Positions 40,019 through 49,335 of a stretch of DNA of 64,000 nt are shown here, piece by piece. Position numbers and translations under genes: made by a program. The DNA is from Candidatus Poribacteria bacterium (GTDB taxonomy: Bacteria; Poribacteria; WGA-4E; WGA-3G). How positions within the stretch are numbered: position 1 is the first letter of the stretch; the number at the start of each line of letters is the position of its first letter. The notes below the pieces were generated by a model. The model saw only the letters and a list, made by a program, of their open reading frames with translations. It did not search any database and was not told the origin of the DNA. Location of the stretch: contig OZ242029.1 of assembly GCA_965205015.1 (NCBI GenBank), positions 1,312,001-1,376,000 of the forward strand, in the 5' to 3' direction.

Positions 40019-41365
40019 CAGGGGTATTTAGTTTTAAGTTTTGTCACTGTATGAGTTTAACTGCGAGTTTAGGTTTTGCAGCGAAAAATCGCAGTGTTTC
40101 CGCAATTTTTGTGTGTCCGTCAAAGCGTAAGAGAGCCAGGGCAGTGTTGCGTAGGGCAGCCATGACTTGTGGGAGTCTCCCTGTTCTTGCTTGTGAAGCG
40201 TCCTCCCCGAGGACGACATCTCGCACCCAATGGACTTTGTTTTCTATCGTCCAGTGTTGGCGTCGGAGTTTGAGCAAAGTTTCTGCGGATGCGTCTTGTG
40301 GTGTAAGACTCGTGATGCCATACTGCGTCTGGTAGGTAGTCTCGCCTGTTTTGGTATTCTCCCGCTTGGATTGGTATTGATACACTTGTGCGAGTCCTGG
40401 CCAGTTGATATAATCCGTCAAGAGTGTGCTTGCTGTTAGCGTGCGTGTGGTGATAAACCCGTGTGATGTTTCAACGTCTGTGTGGGTATCAAGGTGTGCG
40501 TCTGCCTCGGTGTGTAGGTTCTGAAACCGTCGTGCTTGGACGTGTGGTGTGTCTGTCTCCGAAAGCGGTTCAAAGAGTTCGCGAATGTCGTGATACATCT
40601 GTTTGTGATTCTCTTTGACGGGCATTGCATAGTTTGCGTGATATTTGAGAACCTCTTTACAAAAGGTTCTTTGGGTCAAAAGTGCATCTGTTGTTATGAC
40701 TTTCCCGGTGACATCAAAGGTTTTCAGAAGTTGCGTTGAGATGGGGATCTCATTTGTTTTTCCACTGACAGCCCGCTGTGTAAGGGTAATCCCTAACTCA
40801 TGAGAGACAGCGGAGAGTAAATGTGTGCGGTATCGGGTTTCTGGGTCTTTGGAGCCACATAACTCTTTGCCATCTATCGCCACCCCTTGTAAATCCTGTG
40901 TTTTCAAAACTTGAAGACTTTCAAGTTTTGAAAACACCCATTTCGTGAGTAAGGCTTCGAGACTCACGACGTCAAGACGCTTCAAAAGATTATGAAGCGT
41001 TCCAGCACACGGGGTCTTCTCTGATTTGAAACCTAACGCTTTTGCCAGGGCCCCTTGATGCCGTGCCCAAGTCGCTATAGACGTATACCCTTTATGATTC
41101 GACATTACACCGATGACGAGCAGCGCAAGGATAGACCCCAAGTTGTAGCGTTTCCCTTTTTTATGGCGTGGATCCGGAACTTCTGCTAATATGTCAAGTA
41201 AGTGGCAAGAGGAACTTCTTGTCATGATTCACCTCAAAAAATGTGATGGTTTTTTACGGTGAAGTATAGCAGATACAGCGGGAAAAGTCACGCTGTATCT
41301 GTTTATTTTATAATATTAACAGATGTGAAAAATATTACGAAAAAACCGAAAACTGAATACCCCTG
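40019..41365 (-). mobile_element. ISAs1-family insertion sequence (1347 bp)
   Basis: TIR CAGGGGTATTYAGTTTT (16/17); 10-bp TSD ATTAAAAAAT at 40009-40018 and 41366-41375. Confidence 0.95.
40044..41225 (-). CDS. ISAs1-family transposase
   Basis: VPDPR, AIDGK, KTNEI, TTDALLTQ, VKENH and HWTIENKVHWVRDVVLGED. Confidence 0.95.
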   Translation of the reverse strand: MTRSSSCHLLDILAEVPDPRHKKGKRYNLGSILALLVIGVMSNHKGYTSIATWARHQGALAKALGFKSEKTPCAGTLHNLLKRLDVVSLEALLTKWVFSKLESLQVLKTQDLQGVAIDGKELCGSKDPETRYRTHLLSAVSHELGITLTQRAVSGKTNEIPISTQLLKTFDVTGKVITTDALLTQRTFCKEVLKYHANYAMPVKENHKQMYHDIRELFEPLSETDTPHVQARRFQNLHTEADAHLDTHTDVETSHGFITTRTLTASTLLTDYINWPGLAQVYQYQSKRENTKTGETTYQTQYGITSLTPQDASAETLLKLRRQHWTIENKVHWVRDVVLGEDASQARTGRLPQVMAALRNTALALLRFDGHTKIAETLRFFAAKPKLAVKLIQ

Positions 41366-41366
41366 A

Positions 41367-42323
41367 TTAAAAAATAGGAAGATTCGTTTTCATAGGAGAG
41401 AATACATCCAAAACTTTCATAGTTTTCGCGCCAATAATGGCAGTCGCAAGGTTCCCATGGCTGTGATTGGAGAAACTGACTATCCACGCGAACCCTTGAA
41501 ATGACGGATATGCGTGAACCCCGTTTTGACCGGCTAACGTTCTTTTCACGCGTGCATCCGATTTTGCGATGTGGAGGATTACATCCACTGTTTTCTGAGA
41601 AGGGCTCCCCTGCGTTTTCAATGAACCGAGTATCTGTTTGCCCTCGTCTATTTCTGGTGGTAATCTCCTTGGATTTTGTTTTGCGAGTTCGCGAAGGTGC
41701 ATGGCGTGTCGGCGATAGGCATCGCGAAATTTTTCATAACGCTTAAGTCCGTATCCAATTGGAATTTGTTGATACTGCGCGGCACACATCTCCGCGGCAT
41801 CTGCTTCGAGGTGAAGCACTTTTACATAATCACCCTTCTGCTCCGCTACCTCGCGCTGTTTTCTGAAGAAGGTTGGATAGATACCAAATTCGTAAAACCG
41901 ATTGGGGTAGCGCGGTAGCCACATTGCGATAAATTTTGCGATATTTTCGCGTTCGACATCGAGTATTGAAAAGGCATCGGGGTTACAAACCCCTCCTACA
42001 AATTTCTGCCACGCCGTTTCGGCACTCGTGCGGTGCCACCGATATTGTCTCTGAATCTGGCGTGCCTCTTTTTCGGCGCGCGCTGCCCACTTCTCGTAGC
42101 CGTGTCGCGTATAGTAAGCGTGTGCGATCTCGTTCATCGGGACAGAGATGCGCACGAGGCATTCTGCGGCGGCTTCGTGCCAGAGGGCAAGTCTACCATA
42201 ATCACCGGACTGCGTATAGCGGTCAATAAAGACCCCAGCGGTCGCTGTGCCCTCTTGGATTGCCATAGACGGCTGCGCGGTTAGCAATAAAATTGGAAAA
42301 AGCGGTAGTGCGATAAGTTTCAT
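41367..42323 (-). CDS. hypothetical secreted protein
   Basis: Signal peptide; weak internal repeat GDY...EAxAAEx(C); stop codon lies inside the ISAs1 TSD. Confidence 0.65.
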   Translation of the reverse strand: MKLIALPLFPILLLTAQPSMAIQEGTATAGVFIDRYTQSGDYGRLALWHEAAAECLVRISVPMNEIAHAYYTRHGYEKWAARAEKEARQIQRQYRWHRTSAETAWQKFVGGVCNPDAFSILDVERENIAKFIAMWLPRYPNRFYEFGIYPTFFRKQREVAEQKGDYVKVLHLEADAAEMCAAQYQQIPIGYGLKRYEKFRDAYRRHAMHLRELAKQNPRRLPPEIDEGKQILGSLKTQGSPSQKTVDVILHIAKSDARVKRTLAGQNGVHAYPSFQGFAWIVSFSNHSHGNLATAIIGAKTMKVLDVFSPMKTNLPIF

Positions 42324-43471
42324 TGGAGCATAAAGCGGACGATTCCAGAGAAGGTTTCATCGGGTGCAAGCACTATCACACCTGCGGGGATACCTCTCGC
42401 CTCTAAATTGATGGCATCCGTTGGGCAGGTGTAAGGCTCAAAACAGATGGCACCCCTATCAGGGGGCGTATAGACCACCAGTTCCCTGAATATTGCATCC
42501 GATTCCATCACCATGGTATGTCCAGTGTCCCGATTCTCAATGCGGCATCGGCTTACGCCGTCAATCAGTTGCACACTCGTGAAGACATGGTCGAGTTTCA
42601 GTTTTCCGAATGGCTGTCCGTTGCGTAGATCAAGCGTGCCAGCGACATCGTTTTGCTTACCCGTTGGCACGAGAACATCGTCTAACTCCCAATACTTCGC
42701 GGCAGGGACAGTAATCACTGCTTGTGATGCGTCCGCTGCTCCGGTCAAGTTCGTGCTAAAATACGGGTGGATACCGAACCCCATCGGCATGTTCCGGTCG
42801 CCTGTGTTTTTGATAGCAATCCGCATCGTTAGCACTGCGTCTTTGAGGGTATAGGAGATCTCAATTTTAAAAGGGAACGGATACTGCCGGATGACATCGG
42901 GAAAATTTTCGGAATTGAGTGAACAGACGAGTGTTGCTCCGTTTTCATCGGCGGCGTGCTTGTCCACCTGATAGGATAGGTTCAAGAGTAAGCCGTGGAT
43001 TGTCGTTGGAGATTCGGGTGCTTTGTCAAATTGATAGGTTTCTCCTTCAAACTGCCATCTGCCGTTGCGGATTCGGTTAGGGAATGGGAACAGTATCGGA
43101 TTCCCGTAAGCGGTTGGACGTTCTTTCAAGGTCGCGAGATCTGGCGGCGGGTCTATGAGGTTAATCCACGTCTTCCCATCTGCCACTTTAAAAACATAAC
43201 AGTTATTTCCGAGTGCGGGAACAATCTCGGCGAAGGCTTTTCCTTCTTGGTGTAGGGTGTAAACGTCGTATTTTGACTCAAGGGCATCAACCCTTTTTCC
43301 ATTGACTGCGTACCGTGTTTGCGCCATCGCTTTCCCCCTATCTGCATTTGTGAATATTGTCGAAAGTAAGAGAAGAAGACCTGTTATTCCTACGCGGAGC
43401 GTGCGCCTCCAAGTCCCTCTAAATCGAGGAAGTAAAAAAATACAATCCATTGTTTTTACCCTATCTCTCAT
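42320..43471 (-). CDS. aldose 1-epimerase family protein (start uncertain)
   Basis: LFPFPNRI, IHGL, YPFPF, GIHPYF and ICFEPYT motifs. Confidence 0.88.
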   Translation of the reverse strand: MRDRVKTMDCIFLLPRFRGTWRRTLRVGITGLLLLLSTIFTNADRGKAMAQTRYAVNGKRVDALESKYDVYTLHQEGKAFAEIVPALGNNCYVFKVADGKTWINLIDPPPDLATLKERPTAYGNPILFPFPNRIRNGRWQFEGETYQFDKAPESPTTIHGLLLNLSYQVDKHAADENGATLVCSLNSENFPDVIRQYPFPFKIEISYTLKDAVLTMRIAIKNTGDRNMPMGFGIHPYFSTNLTGAADASQAVITVPAAKYWELDDVLVPTGKQNDVAGTLDLRNGQPFGKLKLDHVFTSVQLIDGVSRCRIENRDTGHTMVMESDAIFRELVVYTPPDRGAICFEPYTCPTDAINLEARGIPAGVIVLAPDETFSGIVRFMLQ

Positions 43472-43481
43472 GCGTAGATTG

Positions 43482-43570
43482 GCACAAACTAACAGTTTAT
43501 GCTACAAAAACGTAAACTGGCACAAACTAACAATTTGTGCCACAATGCACAGCCTAACAGGCTATGCTAC
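43482..43570. repeat. cluster of three GTAG-type REP units
   Basis: GCACAAAC-TAACA-GTTTATGC-TAC and two variants; related units at 58586 and 59749. Confidence 0.8.
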
Positions 43571-44184
43571 AAAGTAGCTTTGGCGCACCAGTGAATGCCG
43601 CGCTTCAGGACCTCCCGGAAGTTTGGATTGGAAAAGGTGACATCGTCGTGTCCACTCTGGAAACAGAAGATGCGGGAATTGCCGTATTCACGCGCCCATC
43701 CCAATACATCCATACTGTTCGGATGATCGACTGTTAAGAGGATCGCACTATCATCACCCGCGGACTTCATGGTATAGGTTTCGTCGCCCATCTCCCATTC
43801 GGTGAGACCTTCTGTGATTGGATGCGTGGTATCCGCGATTTGCACCTGTAACGTTTGCCGAGGATAGTAACCAAAATCGCGTTCATGGATACCGCACATG
43901 TCGGAGTAGGCCTCCCATTCTGGGAACGCTAAGATGGCGTGATGCAGAATTACCATGCCCTGTCCACGTTCCGTTATACCGAGAATCGCCTGTGCTTGTG
44001 CATCCGTTGGATAGGGACGGTGAAAGTTGTAAAAGACGACGGTATCGTAGTCTTTCTGGCTTGGATCGTTCACAAAGTCGTCCAGATCCTCTCGGACGAA
44101 TTGAACGTCTTCCATGTTTTCAAAAACGGCGTCAAACTGTTTTTCTTGGAAGCCGTGTTCACCGGTTACGACTGCGATTTTCAT
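43567..44184 (-). CDS. ThuA-like domain protein
   Basis: HPITEGL, DETY and WAREYGNSRIF...GHD motifs; AGGAGA RBS before MKIAVV. Confidence 0.85.
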   Translation of the reverse strand: MKIAVVTGEHGFQEKQFDAVFENMEDVQFVREDLDDFVNDPSQKDYDTVVFYNFHRPYPTDAQAQAILGITERGQGMVILHHAILAFPEWEAYSDMCGIHERDFGYYPRQTLQVQIADTTHPITEGLTEWEMGDETYTMKSAGDDSAILLTVDHPNSMDVLGWAREYGNSRIFCFQSGHDDVTFSNPNFREVLKRGIHWCAKATL

Positions 44185-44268
44185 GGTTCTTTCTCCTTTC
44201 AAGAATGTGCGGGCAGGCACAAGACCTGCCCCTACAGTGGACTTTTCAGAACGGAATTACCGAAATCT

Positions 44269-45582
44269 TTAATATCGCGCCCACTGCCATAACTGCCCCA
44301 AGGTGGGACGTTTGCCGTACATCAGAATTCCGATCCGATAGATTTTCCCACTAATCAGTGTGACGAGCAGGACAGTGGCACACACCAATAAGATGTTCAG
44401 TAGAATCTCCCATAAGGGAGGCATTAGCACGTTGATGCGCATGAACATCAGTATCGGAGAGAAAAACGGGATGTGGGAGAGCAGCACACTGAGTGTCGAA
44501 TCAGGGATCCTAAACAACTGGAACATCAGTATGAACGGGATAACAATGAGCATCGTGAGGGGTACGGCCGTCTGCCGTGCTTCCTCCTCACTGTTGCATA
44601 TCGCGCCGACGATAGCGTAAAGCGTCGAATACATGAAGAAACCGATAACAAAGTAGATGAAGAAATATGTCAGCACTTCAGCACTACTCACTTTGACGGT
44701 CTCAATTACGCCGAGAAGCTGCACTGGCAGGCTATCGATACCAAAGATGCCAAGCAACGGCTCTATGTTCATAACCAACAATACACCAAATATCACCCAG
44801 ATAGCGAACATCGTCAAACAGACAGAGCAGACACCGACGAGTTTGCCGAGTAGCAACTGATGCGGTTTGACTGATGAAACGATCACCTCAACGATTCGGG
44901 TTGTTTTCTCTTCGAGTACACTTAGCATGATGGAGTTGGCATAGATGATAACGAACATGTAAAGCACAAAAACAAGTAGGTACCCAAGTCCAAGCCGCGC
45001 CCCTGTCTCTAAGGCACTCTCAACTTTAGCACCACTTTTAACAGCATACGCGTTAAATCTAACGGAGCGCATGAGTCGGCTGGCTTCGCGCTGAGAATAA
45101 CCGCTTTCCGCAAAGCGTTTGCCCCGAACGATATCAGAAATGACGCGGCGGAGCGCGTTTTGCACCTCAAAATTCGTCGCTGTTCTGGCATAGAAACGTA
45201 CCTCGCCGTTTGCAAAAACATCTTTCGGGATCTCAAGATAAGCGTAAAGATCTTTTGTGTTGACACGTTCCCGGAGTGCGGCTCTTGCCTCCTCCGTTGT
45301 AGCAGCCTCCTTATGGAGTTGATAAACGAGTTCCCCTTTATGCTGAAAAGTCGAGTGTCCAGCGATAGCCGCCTGCATCTCTGTAAAGATTTCACCTGTC
45401 TCATCAATAACCGCGAGTTTTCTCATTTCTTTAGTTTTGTCCGCCATGATTGCGATAAAACTGGACAGAAATACCAACCCACACATCAACACCGGCATAA
45501 GAAATAAGGAAACAACAAACCCCTTGGATTTAACGCGCGTCATGTATTCACGTTTGATAACGGTGACAACTTTATTCGGCAT
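44269..45582 (-). CDS. ABC-2 type exporter permease (NatB/YhaP-like)
   Basis: KREY, EEKTTRIVEVIVSSVKP and IYRIGILMYG; multiple TM helices. Confidence 0.88.
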   Translation of the reverse strand: MPNKVVTVIKREYMTRVKSKGFVVSLFLMPVLMCGLVFLSSFIAIMADKTKEMRKLAVIDETGEIFTEMQAAIAGHSTFQHKGELVYQLHKEAATTEEARAALRERVNTKDLYAYLEIPKDVFANGEVRFYARTATNFEVQNALRRVISDIVRGKRFAESGYSQREASRLMRSVRFNAYAVKSGAKVESALETGARLGLGYLLVFVLYMFVIIYANSIMLSVLEEKTTRIVEVIVSSVKPHQLLLGKLVGVCSVCLTMFAIWVIFGVLLVMNIEPLLGIFGIDSLPVQLLGVIETVKVSSAEVLTYFFIYFVIGFFMYSTLYAIVGAICNSEEEARQTAVPLTMLIVIPFILMFQLFRIPDSTLSVLLSHIPFFSPILMFMRINVLMPPLWEILLNILLVCATVLLVTLISGKIYRIGILMYGKRPTLGQLWQWARY

Positions 45583-46495
45583 CCTGTACTGTTCCTCCGT
45601 GCGTTTCAACACTTTGGACGAAAATCTCGTGTAACGCCGGTTCTACTAACTCAAACCGCGTCACATCAACGCCTTTCTCAACCAGTTCTTGGAGCAGTTG
45701 ACGATAGTCCTCTGGGTTCCGTAATTTAACCTCAGCATACTGCCCAAAATCGTTAAAATCTTGAACCCAAGGGGAGTTGCGAATCGGTTCAAGAGCCCCT
45801 ATGTATTCAATCTCAACAGAATTTTTGCCGAATGCACGCTTAACAGCGCGAAGCTCGCCTTCAAGTAATACTTTGCCCTGATGAATGAGACAAATGTGAT
45901 CGCATAGTTTTTCCACCTGTTCCATCACATGCGTTGAGAAGATAATTGTACTGCCGTTATCCCGCAGTTCAAGCATCATATCCTTGAGAAGCGTCATGTT
46001 AATAGGGTCCAGACCGGAAAAAGGTTCATCAAGAATAATCAACTCAGGTTTGTGAATTACTGTGGTGATGAACTGAATTTTCTGAGCCATCCCTTTTGAG
46101 AGCTCATCAACCCGCTTGTTTCCCCACTCCGACAGTTGCATCTTCTCTAACCATCGTTCAATTTCGCTGAGTGCCTGTTGCTTATATAAGCCTTTTAATT
46201 CAGCGATAAAGAGGATGACATCCCGCACCTTCATTTTGCGGTACAAACCACGCTCCTCTGGTAGATATCCAATCTGGTCCAAAAAATCTTGGATGTGCCG
46301 ATTGCCGCTGAATGTAATGCTGCCTGTATCCGGCGCAATAATGTCCATTATCATGCGGAGGGTTGTCGTTTTTCCGGCACCGTTGGGACCCAGCAGCCCG
46401 TATATACTCCCCTTTTCAATGCTGAAGGAGATATCCGATACCGCTACGAAGTCACCGAACCGTTTATGAACATTTTCGAGTTGAAGGAGGTTCAT
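45572..46495 (-). CDS. ABC exporter ATP-binding protein (NatA/YhaQ-like)
   Basis: GPNGAGKTT, LSKGM and ILDEPFSGLD. Confidence 0.92.
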   Translation of the reverse strand: MNLLQLENVHKRFGDFVAVSDISFSIEKGSIYGLLGPNGAGKTTTLRMIMDIIAPDTGSITFSGNRHIQDFLDQIGYLPEERGLYRKMKVRDVILFIAELKGLYKQQALSEIERWLEKMQLSEWGNKRVDELSKGMAQKIQFITTVIHKPELIILDEPFSGLDPINMTLLKDMMLELRDNGSTIIFSTHVMEQVEKLCDHICLIHQGKVLLEGELRAVKRAFGKNSVEIEYIGALEPIRNSPWVQDFNDFGQYAEVKLRNPEDYRQLLQELVEKGVDVTRFELVEPALHEIFVQSVETHGGTVQDAE

Positions 46496-46544
46496 CTTTT
46501 TACTCCGAAATTAGACAAATGATGGGTTTCACTCATGCCTAATT

Positions 46545-46714
46545 CGGTGCGGTTGAATGAAGATTAATTTATTAATTCGGTAATGCCATAGCCATATCCG
46601 GTGTCCCTTCCCAGTAACGGGTGGGAACCCTGGTTGCAAACCGCACCTACCGGGCCTGGGGAAATATCAAATTACCGAATTATTTTTTGAAACTTTATCA
46701 AACCGCACCTACCG
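46545..46714. repeat. REP interrupted by a 142-bp element with 28-bp imperfect inverted ends
   Basis: CGGTGCGGTT and AACCGCACCTACCG arms are separated by 46557-46698, whose ends share TAATTCGGTAAT in inverted orientation. Confidence 0.6.
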
Positions 46715-46737
46715 AGAATGGCACAGCAATTACAAAT

Positions 46738-47934
46738 CTAATCCGTAATCGCCTGATAGGTAAGGACCCGGAACTGGGCGTGGAACGGTGAGTCACCTAT
46801 CAATTGCGTCATCAGGATGCCGATTAAATCTTCGACAGGATCAATCCAAAAGGTTGTACTTGCGAGCCCACCCCAACTGTAGGTGCCTTCAGAACCGGGC
46901 CCGTGGGTCTCAGCGACATCGGTGACGACGGCAAACCCGAGTCCGAAACCGCATCCGGTTCTCTCAAGCGGTTGCCAATCGTCAGAGATATGATTCATTC
47001 TGATGAGTTCAACGGTTTTCCTTCCAAGCAGTCGAACGCCATCGAGTTCACCATCGTTGAGTAGCATTTGGCAGAAGCGGAGATAATCCGCAGCGGTTGA
47101 CTGCAGTCCAGCACCACCCGAGTGGAAAAAGCTGCGCGGTCCGCTGGAAACCGGAGCGTTCTCGATTACCTGAATACCGCCGTCTTCGGCAGGTTCATAT
47201 AACGTCGGGTACCGATCCGCCTTTTCGTCGGGCACCGAGAAAGCAGTGTCCGTCATTCCCAACGGATCCAAAATCTGGGTTTTTAGAAATTCCGCAAACG
47301 GCACGCCGGATACGACTTCTACGAGGTAGCCGAGAACATCGGTAGACATGCCGTAATTCCATGCACCACCGGGATGGTGAAGGAGCGGGATATTTCCGAG
47401 TTCTTGCGCCATGTTTGCAAGGTCGCCACCGTAGAAATTCGCTGCCTTATACCGTTCATTAATCGGGTGATCCCAGTCGCCACCGTAGATAATTCCAGAG
47501 GTGTGCGTCAACAGATGCTTGATTGTCATCTCGCGTTCTGCGTCAACAATATTTTCGCCGCCCTCAGTATAAACTTGCATGTCTTTGAAAGCGGGAATCA
47601 ATTCAGAGACGGGGGTGCCGAGTTGGAAATGCCCTTCCTCGTAGAGCATCATCACTGCGATGCTGGTAATCGGCTTCGTCATCGAATAGATGCGGAAGAT
47701 GGTATCAAATTCCAGCGGTTTCTCGGTAGCGATATCCTGCATACCGAGCTTTTCGAAATGGACGAGTCTGCCCTCACGCGCGATCATCGTTAGCGCGCCG
47801 GGGATTTTTCCATCGTCAACCCAGCGTTGCATGACTGGCGCGATGCGTTCCAACCGCGCGGTTGACATGCCGACATCTTCAGGTACTGCGCGTGGTAATC
47901 CGCCATATCCATATCTTGTCATAGAACCCTCCAT
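46738..47934 (-). CDS. serine hydrolase, beta-lactamase class C-like family
   Basis: FRIYSMTK (SxxK), LLTHTSG, WNYG and WGG. Confidence 0.9.
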   Translation of the reverse strand: MEGSMTRYGYGGLPRAVPEDVGMSTARLERIAPVMQRWVDDGKIPGALTMIAREGRLVHFEKLGMQDIATEKPLEFDTIFRIYSMTKPITSIAVMMLYEEGHFQLGTPVSELIPAFKDMQVYTEGGENIVDAEREMTIKHLLTHTSGIIYGGDWDHPINERYKAANFYGGDLANMAQELGNIPLLHHPGGAWNYGMSTDVLGYLVEVVSGVPFAEFLKTQILDPLGMTDTAFSVPDEKADRYPTLYEPAEDGGIQVIENAPVSSGPRSFFHSGGAGLQSTAADYLRFCQMLLNDGELDGVRLLGRKTVELIRMNHISDDWQPLERTGCGFGLGFAVVTDVAETHGPGSEGTYSWGGLASTTFWIDPVEDLIGILMTQLIGDSPFHAQFRVLTYQAITD

Positions 47935-47994
47935 GTGATAGATCTGTGGGCAGGCACAAGACCTGCCCCTACTGAAAATAACTGACGGCCACTA

Positions 47995-49179
47995 TTAAGT
48001 TAGTGCTTGATAGGTTAGCACACGGAATTGGGCGTGGAACGGTGAATCGGCACCTACTAATTGGGTCATAAAGACACCGATCAACTCCTCCACAGGATCG
48101 ATCCAAAATGTGGTACTTGCCATACCGCCCCAACCGCAAGTACCTAAGGAACCGAGCGTGTGCGTTTCAGCGACATCCGTGACAACGGCGAACCCAAGTC
48201 CGAAACCGGATCCAGTTCTCTGATTGGGTTGCCAAACGTTAGAAATATGGTTCATTGTGATGAGTTCGACTGTCTTTCTGCCGAGCAGTCGCACACCGTC
48301 GAGTTCACCACCGTTGAGTACCATCTGACAGAATCGGAGATAATCGGGGGCGGTCGATTGGAGTCCTCCCCCACCAGAATGGAAAAAACTCAACGGTCCA
48401 GTTGCAGCATGGACCTTCTCAATTGCCTGAAGTCCACCGTCTTCCCCGAATTCATATACCTTTGAATATCGGTTAGCGTTTTCAACTCGCACGGAAAAAC
48501 CGGTGTCATTCATGCCTAAAGGCTCAAAAATACGAGTTTTCAAAAACGTCTCAAACGGCACACCCGATACGATCCCTACCAAGTAGCCGAGTACATCGGT
48601 AGACATGCCGTATTTCCATGCATCCCCAGGATGATGAAGGAGTGGAATACTCCCGAGTTTTTGTATCATGGTGGCGAGATCACCGCTGTAGAGATCCGCA
48701 TCTTCATATTGCCGATCGATCGGGTGATTCTCCCTATCGCTCTCATAGATAAGTCCGGCGGTATGCGTGAGTAAATGTTTGATTGTCACCTGGCGTTCGG
48801 CATCCACAATAGCACTGCCATCTTCCGTGTAAACCTTCATGTCTTTGAAAGCCGGAACAAACTCGGAGATAGGTGTGGTGAGTTGAAAATGTCCTTCCTC
48901 ATAGAGCATCATCACTGCGATACTGGTAATCGGCTTCGTCATTGAGTAGAGGCGGAAGATGGTATCAAATTCTACGGGTTTGGCGGCGGCGATATCCTGC
49001 ATGCCAAACTTTTCAAAATGGACGAGTTTGCCTTCACGGGCGATCATTGTCAATGCGCACGGGATTTTTCCGTTGTCAACATAGCCCTGCATGACCGGCG
49101 CAATACGTCCTAACCGCGAGGTGGACATACCCACATCTTCGGGGATCGCTCGTGGCAATCCATGATATGTTGTCATCAA
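47995..49179 (-). CDS. serine hydrolase, beta-lactamase class C-like family
   Basis: FRLYSMTK, LLTHTAG, WKYG and WGG; close paralog of its neighbour. Confidence 0.9.
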   Translation of the reverse strand: MMTTYHGLPRAIPEDVGMSTSRLGRIAPVMQGYVDNGKIPCALTMIAREGKLVHFEKFGMQDIAAAKPVEFDTIFRLYSMTKPITSIAVMMLYEEGHFQLTTPISEFVPAFKDMKVYTEDGSAIVDAERQVTIKHLLTHTAGLIYESDRENHPIDRQYEDADLYSGDLATMIQKLGSIPLLHHPGDAWKYGMSTDVLGYLVGIVSGVPFETFLKTRIFEPLGMNDTGFSVRVENANRYSKVYEFGEDGGLQAIEKVHAATGPLSFFHSGGGGLQSTAPDYLRFCQMVLNGGELDGVRLLGRKTVELITMNHISNVWQPNQRTGSGFGLGFAVVTDVAETHTLGSLGTCGWGGMASTTFWIDPVEELIGVFMTQLVGADSPFHAQFRVLTYQALT

Positions 49180-49196
49180 GTCTCCTGTAAGGTGTT

Positions 49197-49316
49197 AGGG
49201 CAGCCGCAAGGGCAGCCATAAGGCAGCCACAAGGCAGCCACAAGGGCAGCCATAAGGGCAGCCACAAGGGCAGCCACAAGGGCAGCCATAAGGGCAGCCA
49301 TAAGGGCAGCCCCTAC
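49197..49316 (+). repeat. tandem repeat of 11-12 bp AGGGCAGCCAYA (9 units) ending in a REP foot GCCCCTAC
   Basis: Units read directly from the sequence; no unique spacers. Confidence 0.9.
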
Positions 49317-49335
49317 AGCTGGGTGCTGGTAGCCA

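Noticed and set aside
49197-49316. Possible CRISPR array
   Set aside because: Units are 11-12 bp and contiguous, with no unique spacers; no cas genes in the window.
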